Assembly (NCBI GenBank): GCA_965215605.1
Contig: OZ244070.1
Location: 2,784,001 to 2,848,000, forward strand
Length of the DNA: 64,000 bases
Direction: 5' to 3'
Origin: an uncultured Candidatus Binatia bacterium
GTDB lineage: Bacteria > Desulfobacterota > Binatia > UBA9968 > JAJDTQ01
The notes under the pieces are model-generated. The model saw only the letters and a list, made by a program, of their open reading frames with translations. It made no database searches and was not told the DNA's origin. Positions 58,620-64,000 of this stretch are shown piece by piece; position 1 is the first letter of the stretch, and the number at the start of each line of letters is the position of its first letter. The translations under genes were made by a program, and so were the position numbers.

Positions 58620-61600
58620 TCACGCCGCCTTCGCGAATTCGCCGCTGACCGCCTGTTGCCAGACGTGGGCGTAGACTTCCCTGGCCACCGTCTCCTGCTC
58701 TTCAGCGGTGAAGGGCGGAGCAGGCAGGCTGTCGTAGACTTGGTCGTGGATCAGGACCCTGACATCCGCCTTGGTCTGTTCCTTCTCCCAGAACCGATCG
58801 AGCTTGGCGAGTCGTTCCTTGAGGGTCGCGAGCAGTTCGCGGCTGGCCTGCTTGACCCGCTCCCGTTCGGACCTGCCGAGACCGTCTTTCTTCATCAGGT
58901 CGAACAGGGCAAGCTCGTGCTCGTTGAGGCCTTCCTCCACCGCGCGTTTCTGCTCGGCGTCCAGTTCTTCCATCAGTTCGGTCAACTGCCGGAAAGTCTC
59001 CTCGACGGTTACCCGATCCTTCTCCCGGTTGTAGCCGGCGACGATCTCCTCGTATCGGCGCTGGTAGTCCATGCGTGAGGGGTTGCGCGCGAGCATTTCC
59101 GCGAGCTTTCGCTCGATGATCTCGCGGATGTCCTGCAGCGCCGTCGCCTTGTGCCGGACCTTCTTCGCGAATTCGTCACGCAGCTTCTCCAGGTCGATCC
59201 GGCTCAGATCGAAAGTCAGCCCTTCGGCCTGGTCGTCCCCCGGCGCCTGCGTGCGGATGGCCTCGTTGACGATCCGGTGCAGTTCTTTCAGAAGCGCTGT
59301 CACGTCTGCGGTATCGCGCCGTTCCGTGAGCTTCTTGTAGATGGTCTCGATGTTGTCGCGGCGCTCCGCGTATGCAAACGCCGACGGCTCCATCAGCAGG
59401 GCCTTGAAACGGGTGAACACCTGTCGCGCGAGGATCTCGAAACGGCGCTTGGCTTCGTCGCTGGTATAGACGGATTCGACCGCGTCCTTGAATTTCGCGA
59501 TGCGCTGGAAACCCGTTGCGCCCACGAGGGTCGCGGGGTCGAACCCGAGGCTTCGCAAATGCGCCTCGGTGGCCTCCACGGCTTCGATCAGCGCCTGCAC
59601 ACGCTCCTCCACGGGTGTGATGATGTCCTCCGCGCCCGCGCCTTCGTTGCCGTTGCCTTCCCCGTCGGGGCCGTCGCCCAAGGCGTACTGCGCGAGCGCT
59701 TCCCGCAGGCTCTTGAGCAGGCCGTTGTAGTCCACGATCAGGCCGAAGTCCTTGCCGGGATACACCCGGTTCGCCCGGGCGATGGCCTGCATCAGCGAAT
59801 GCGCCTTCATGGGCTTGTCCACGTACAGCGTAGACAAGCATTCCACGTCGAAGCCGGTCAGCCACATGGCGCACACGATGGCCACGCGGAAGGGATGCTC
59901 GGGACTCTTGAACGCGGTCTCGACATCGACCCGTTCGCCGTCCACCGTCTCGAAGCCCCGCTTCATCCGGACGCGATGCGGGATGATGTCGAAGCCCCAT
60001 CTCGCGAAGTCCCTGACCTCGTTCTGCGCCTCGCTGATGACGATCGCGACGATCGTCTCTTCCAGCCACGCGGCTTGGGCCGCCAGTTCCTCGGCTTCCT
60101 CGGCAAGCGCGGCGCGGAGAGACTCGTCACCCGTCGCTTCCGCTTCCGCGCGCTTGGAGTCTGCCAGCTCGCGTACGGCGGCCGCCTTCGCCTGCCACCG
60201 AGGAACGATCCGCTGGAGCATCCGGGCGCCGGTCACCTTGTCGATGCACACCAGCATCGACTTGCCCGACCGCCATCGGGTCGCGCAGTGCTCGACGAAG
60301 TCGGCGGCGATCTTGTCCAGTCGCTCGTCGGCGGTGATGACCTCGTAGTCCTGGCCCAGCAGCTTGTCGAGAAGCGCCGCCTGGTCGGGGTCGAGCTCGG
60401 CCTCCTCAATCCTTGCGGCGATGCGGTCGTTCAGGTCCGCCCGCGCCACGCCCAGCTTCTCGCCCCGGTTCTCGTAGACCAGCTTGACCGTGGCACCGTC
60501 CTCCTCGGATCGCTTGAAGTCGTAGCGCGAGACGTAATCCCCGAAGATGCGCTTCGTGCTCTCGTCCTGCTTGAAGAGCGGCGTGCCTGTGAAGCCGATG
60601 AACGCCGCGTTCGGCAGCGCGAGGCGCATGTTGCGCGCCAGCCGCCCCGCCTGCGTGCGATGCGCTTCGTCCGAGATCACGATGATGTCGTCGCGCTCGC
60701 TGTAGGGCCGCTTCGGATCGACATCCTTGTTGAACTTGTGGATCAGGCTGAAGAAGTAGGGGTGGTTCTCCTTGAGCAGCCTTTCCAGATCGTCGCCCGA
60801 TGCGGCCCGCGGCGTATTGTCGTCGGCGATGCCGCAGCCGATGAAGGTTCGGTAGATCTGGCCGTCGAGATCGTTGCGATCGGTCATCAGCAGGAACGTG
60901 AAGTTGCCTTCCAGCTTCCGCCGCACCTTCTCGGCGAAGAAGGCCATGGAGTAGGACTTGCCGCTCCCCTGGGTGTGCCAGAACACTCCGAGCCGACCAA
61001 GATCGGGATGCGGCCGCTCGACAATGTCGACCGGCCGCTTCGCAACGTAGGGGGGCGGCGGCGGTTCGGCGACCATCGGGAGTGTCGGCGGGGCCGCCGC
61101 GGGCGCCCGCGATTCAAGCGGCAGCTCCACGACGCGATGCGTCAGGCGCCGCCCCGGCGGGAACTCCCGCTTCAGCTCTTCCTGTCGGGCGACGGACGCC
61201 ACCGCCCGGTTGACCCCGAGCACCTGGTGGTTCCTCGCGATGACTTTCCGCGTGGCGCCCGGCTTGCTCTCGTCGAACAGGATGAAGTTCTCGACGATGT
61301 CGAGCAGCCGGTCGTGGGCCAGCATGCCGTTCAGCAGCACCTCGGCTTCCAGGCTGCCCTTGTCCCCCTCGTCAAGCCGCTTCCACTCGCCGAAGTGCTC
61401 CCACCCGCTGGTGATCGATCCGTAGCGGGTGCGGTCGCCGTTCGACACGATCAGGAAGGCGTTGTGATGGAAGGCATGGGCGATGACGTTCTCGTCCATG
61501 TAGTCGGAGAGGTTGGCGTCGAAGCCCTCGCGGATGTTCCTGTACACCGCCTTCATCTCGATGAAGACCAGCGGGAGGCCGTTGACGAAGCAGACCAGGT

Positions 61601-62066
61601 CGGCGCGGCGGTTGTAGTTGGGGGTGCGGACCCCGGTCAGCTTCAGCTCGCGTACGGCGAGGAAGCAGTTCGAACCAGGTGCGTTGTCGAAGTCGAGCAC
61701 ACGCGCGCGGGCGGATTTGCGGCGCCCTTGGGCATCCCGGTACTCCACGGGAACACCACCGCGGATCAGCCGGTGGAACTCGCGGTTGTGCTGCACCGTC
61801 GATCGACTGACGTCGTACACGGTCAGATCCCGTACTGCGTCGTCGATGGCGGAGGCCGGCAGACCCGGGTTGAGCCGTTCCAGCGCCGCGCGCAGGTCGC
61901 GGGCCAGCACCGCTTCCCTGGTGTCGGCGCGGCCCAAGGTGCCCTCCGGCCCGAAGGTCTCCTCGTTCCACGCATACACGCTGTCCCAGCCGAGCACCCG
62001 CTCGAGATGCTCGGCGAAAGTCGCCTGCACCAGCCGATCCTCGCTGTTTATGGGCGTCACCGCCAT
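58620..62066 (-). CDS. hsdR: Type I restriction endonuclease subunit R
   Basis: ADLVCFVNGLPLVFIEMK nuclease motif, HTQGSGKS, DEAHR, FTGTP, MWLTGFD, QAIARANR. Confidence 0.95.
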   Translation of the reverse strand: MAVTPINSEDRLVQATFAEHLERVLGWDSVYAWNEETFGPEGTLGRADTREAVLARDLRAALERLNPGLPASAIDDAVRDLTVYDVSRSTVQHNREFHRLIRGGVPVEYRDAQGRRKSARARVLDFDNAPGSNCFLAVRELKLTGVRTPNYNRRADLVCFVNGLPLVFIEMKAVYRNIREGFDANLSDYMDENVIAHAFHHNAFLIVSNGDRTRYGSITSGWEHFGEWKRLDEGDKGSLEAEVLLNGMLAHDRLLDIVENFILFDESKPGATRKVIARNHQVLGVNRAVASVARQEELKREFPPGRRLTHRVVELPLESRAPAAAPPTLPMVAEPPPPPYVAKRPVDIVERPHPDLGRLGVFWHTQGSGKSYSMAFFAEKVRRKLEGNFTFLLMTDRNDLDGQIYRTFIGCGIADDNTPRAASGDDLERLLKENHPYFFSLIHKFNKDVDPKRPYSERDDIIVISDEAHRTQAGRLARNMRLALPNAAFIGFTGTPLFKQDESTKRIFGDYVSRYDFKRSEEDGATVKLVYENRGEKLGVARADLNDRIAARIEEAELDPDQAALLDKLLGQDYEVITADERLDKIAADFVEHCATRWRSGKSMLVCIDKVTGARMLQRIVPRWQAKAAAVRELADSKRAEAEATGDESLRAALAEEAEELAAQAAWLEETIVAIVISEAQNEVRDFARWGFDIIPHRVRMKRGFETVDGERVDVETAFKSPEHPFRVAIVCAMWLTGFDVECLSTLYVDKPMKAHSLMQAIARANRVYPGKDFGLIVDYNGLLKSLREALAQYALGDGPDGEGNGNEGAGAEDIITPVEERVQALIEAVEATEAHLRSLGFDPATLVGATGFQRIAKFKDAVESVYTSDEAKRRFEILARQVFTRFKALLMEPSAFAYAERRDNIETIYKKLTERRDTADVTALLKELHRIVNEAIRTQAPGDDQAEGLTFDLSRIDLEKLRDEFAKKVRHKATALQDIREIIERKLAEMLARNPSRMDYQRRYEEIVAGYNREKDRVTVEETFRQLTELMEELDAEQKRAVEEGLNEHELALFDLMKKDGLGRSERERVKQASRELLATLKERLAKLDRFWEKEQTKADVRVLIHDQVYDSLPAPPFTAEEQETVAREVYAHVWQQAVSGEFAKAA

Positions 62067-62103
62067 CGCGTCCGCCCTCCGATGGTGGTGCCGGATGCTC
62101 TCA

Positions 62104-62171
62104 TCAGACCGGAATCTCCCCGTTCATCAGGCGCGGCAGGAGTAGGTCGCGGGCTTCGGCGAGCCTCTGGT
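62104..62171 (-). pseudogene. hsdS: hsdS 3' end separated from the rest of the gene by IS insertion
   Basis: QRLAEARDLLLPRLMNGEIPV*, the conserved HsdS C-terminus. Confidence 0.88.
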
Positions 62172-62239
62172 TGAGGTGGTCCTGGAAAATCGGACAGGTT
62201 GCTAAGGTGTATTCCACCGACTTAGGGAGGGGATACGCA

Positions 62240-62521
62240 ATGAGCACACGACGACGGTTCAGCGGAGAGTTCAAGGCGAAGGTAGCGCTGGAGGCGCTGC
62301 GCGGAGACAAGACGATCCAGGAGATTGCGGCGCGGCACAAGGTCCATCCGAACCAGGTGAGCACCTGGAAGCAACGGGCGGTGGAGGGGATGAAGGAGGT
62401 GTTCTCGAAGGGAGCCGAGCGGGCACGAGGAGACCACGAGGGGGAGGTCCGGGACCTGCACGCGAAGATAGGGGAGCTGACGGTGGAGCGGGATTTTTTG
62501 GCCAAAGGGCTCAAGTGGTGA
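62240..62521 (+). CDS. IS3-family transposase OrfA
   Basis: HTH protein; T6 run near its end (possible -1 frameshift site); stop overlaps the orfB GTG. Confidence 0.9.
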   Translation: MSTRRRFSGEFKAKVALEALRGDKTIQEIAARHKVHPNQVSTWKQRAVEGMKEVFSKGAERARGDHEGEVRDLHAKIGELTVERDFLAKGLKW

Positions 62522-63441
62522 GCCGGGAGAAGCGCCGGGGGATGATCGAGCCCGGCCATCCCAAGCTCAGCTTGAGCCGTCAATGCCATCTGCTTCGAGT
62601 GAGTCGATCCTCTGTGTACCACCGGCCCAAGGGCGAGAGCGGGGAGAATCTGGCGTTGATGCGCCGGATAGACAAGCTGTTCCTGGAGTACCCCTTCTAC
62701 GGCAGCCGCCAGATGGTCCGCCATCTGTGGCGGGAGCGAGTCCGAGTGGGTCGTCACCGGGTGCGGCGTCTGATGCGCCTGATGGGGCTCCAGGCCATCT
62801 ATCAGGCGCCGCGCACCACCCGACCGCACCCCGAGCACCGGGTCTATCCCTATCTGCTCAAGGGGGTCGCCATCGAACGGCCCAATCACGCGTGGACCTC
62901 CGACATCACCTATATCCCTGTCCAGAGTGGCTTCCTGTACCTGGTGGCGGTCATGGACTGGGCCACCCGCCGGGTGCTCTCCTGGAGGCTGTCGAACACC
63001 CTCGATGCCCGCTTCTGTGTCGAGGCCCTCTCAGAGGCTCTGGAACGCTACGGTCCTCCCGAGATCTTCAACACCGACCAGGGCAGCCAGTTCACCAGCC
63101 TGGAGTTCACCTCCGTGCTCAAGGACGCCGGCGTCGCCATCTCCATGGACGGCAGGGGCCGGTGCATGGACAACATCTTCATCGAGCGCCTGTGGCGCTC
63201 CCTCAAGTACGAGGCCGTCTACCTGCACGAGCTCTCGGACGGCTTCGCCGCCCAAAGGACCATCGCCAACTGGCTCCACTTCTACAACACCCAAAGGCCT
63301 CATTCCGCCCTCGCCGGCTCCACCCCGGCCGAGGCCTACGAACGAGGACTCAAGAGGCAGGCCGGACCTCACACCCCGCCCGCCCCTCTGTCAGTTCCAT
63401 CGGAACACGAAGACGTGATAAACGGGACCTTGGCGGCATGA
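62515..63441 (+). CDS. IS3-family transposase OrfB (DDE)
   Basis: WTSDITY, NTDQGSQF, DNIFIERLWRSLKYE, YNTQRPHSAL. Confidence 0.93.
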   Translation: MVSREKRRGMIEPGHPKLSLSRQCHLLRVSRSSVYHRPKGESGENLALMRRIDKLFLEYPFYGSRQMVRHLWRERVRVGRHRVRRLMRLMGLQAIYQAPRTTRPHPEHRVYPYLLKGVAIERPNHAWTSDITYIPVQSGFLYLVAVMDWATRRVLSWRLSNTLDARFCVEALSEALERYGPPEIFNTDQGSQFTSLEFTSVLKDAGVAISMDGRGRCMDNIFIERLWRSLKYEAVYLHELSDGFAAQRTIANWLHFYNTQRPHSALAGSTPAEAYERGLKRQAGPHTPPAPLSVPSEHEDVINGTLAA

Positions 63442-63504
63442 TCGAACGTCTGGAATACACCTTATCTCCGCCGCCTACCTGTCCTACAAACCAGGACCAC
63501 CTCA

Positions 63505-64000
63505 GGTTCATGGTGTGAAGACGCCGAACCTGTGCGTGCAGCAACGAAGCTTGATCCTCGAAATCTCGTAGCAACGATTCTCCCGGGAAAACGACAGGCA
63601 ACACCCTGAACTTTCCCTTGCTAATCTCCCGGTAGGTCGCGCCCCCCGCGTGCGAGCGGATTTCCTCGACGCGGTGCATCAGGTTGTGGAGGAGGTACAT
63701 CCTCGCCCTCGAGTCATGAGGCAGGATGCTGATGAAACCCTGATTGGTGCAGGATGGTGCATCAATGATGCCGAAGAAGCCGACCGATGCCCGGCTGGTT
63801 ATCAAGACAGTGCCAGTTGGAAGCATCTTTGCTGACGAGCCGCGGAGGCCGGCCTCGGTGATCTTCGTCGCACTGTCGAGCAAGGCAAGGCACGAGTTCC
63901 GCGTCACATCCGTTGGCGTGTACCAGGGAATGTTGCCATCGCTCCAATATTCCGGTTTCGAAGTCTTTGGGGTTCCGCCTCCAATTGCCGTGCATACATC
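63505..64000 (-). pseudogene. hsdS: Type I R-M specificity subunit HsdS (5' part outside the window; interrupted by IS)
   Basis: GGGTPKTSKPEYWSDGNIPWYTP, ITSRASVG, TNQGF, GATYREISKGKF; visibly lower GC than its flanks. Confidence 0.9.

Larger units (their letters stand above)
62172..63504 (+). mobile_element. Complete IS3-family element (1333 bp) with 3-bp target duplication GGT
   Basis: TG...CA ends; IRs TGAGGTGGTCCTGG...GGACAGGT; subterminal 14-bp IR (62203-62216 / 63451-63464); GGT at 62169-62171 and 63505-63507. Confidence 0.96.

Noticed and set aside
53268-62174. Very long antisense ORFs (53268..56444, 1058 aa; 59151..62174, 1007 aa; also 7693..10383 and 37566..39638)
   Set aside because: They mirror real genes on the opposite strand, as expected from high-GC codon bias, and carry no recognisable motifs.
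5959-63504. Composite transposon bounded by the two IS3 copies
   Set aside because: The interior holds ribosomal and heme housekeeping genes, copy 2 has its own TSD within hsdS, and copy 1 lacks its outer end.

Overview
GC-rich bacterial chromosome segment. The gene order (ccsA-hemA-hemC/D-hemB; ispE-spoVG-tRNA-Gln-prs-rplY-pth-hppA-rpsF-rpsR-DUF2232-rplI) suggests a deltaproteobacterium-like organism (inference only). From left to right: a lexA-imuA-imuB-dnaE2 mutagenesis cassette running off the left edge; two toxin-antitoxin relics and a truncated IS3-family copy; a Gld-type ABC exporter; heme biosynthesis; a PolB-family protein; redox genes; an operon with three different decarboxylase types plus two tandem Zn-dehydrogenases; the housekeeping/ribosomal block; a split transketolase; two different succinate:quinone oxidoreductase-like gene sets back to back; a FAD/Fe-S oxidoreductase-ThrC-like-LLM operon; and a type I restriction locus whose hsdS is interrupted by a complete IS3-family element (3-bp TSD). 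Best leads: (1) a full-length PolB with decayed polymerase motifs (DTD to DAG) but intact 3'-5' exonuclease motifs; (2) a type-E-like SdhA/SdhB/HdrB-like/67-aa complex with no FAD-binding His and an odd Fe-S motif, upstream of a canonical mycobacterial Sdh1-type complex; (3) a candidate non-canonical LexA operator (ATACCAGAC-N4-GTCTGGTAT); (4) a dRS3-like palindromic repeat translated in frame inside imuB. All calls come from manual motif recognition. No database search was run, so novelty is unverified.
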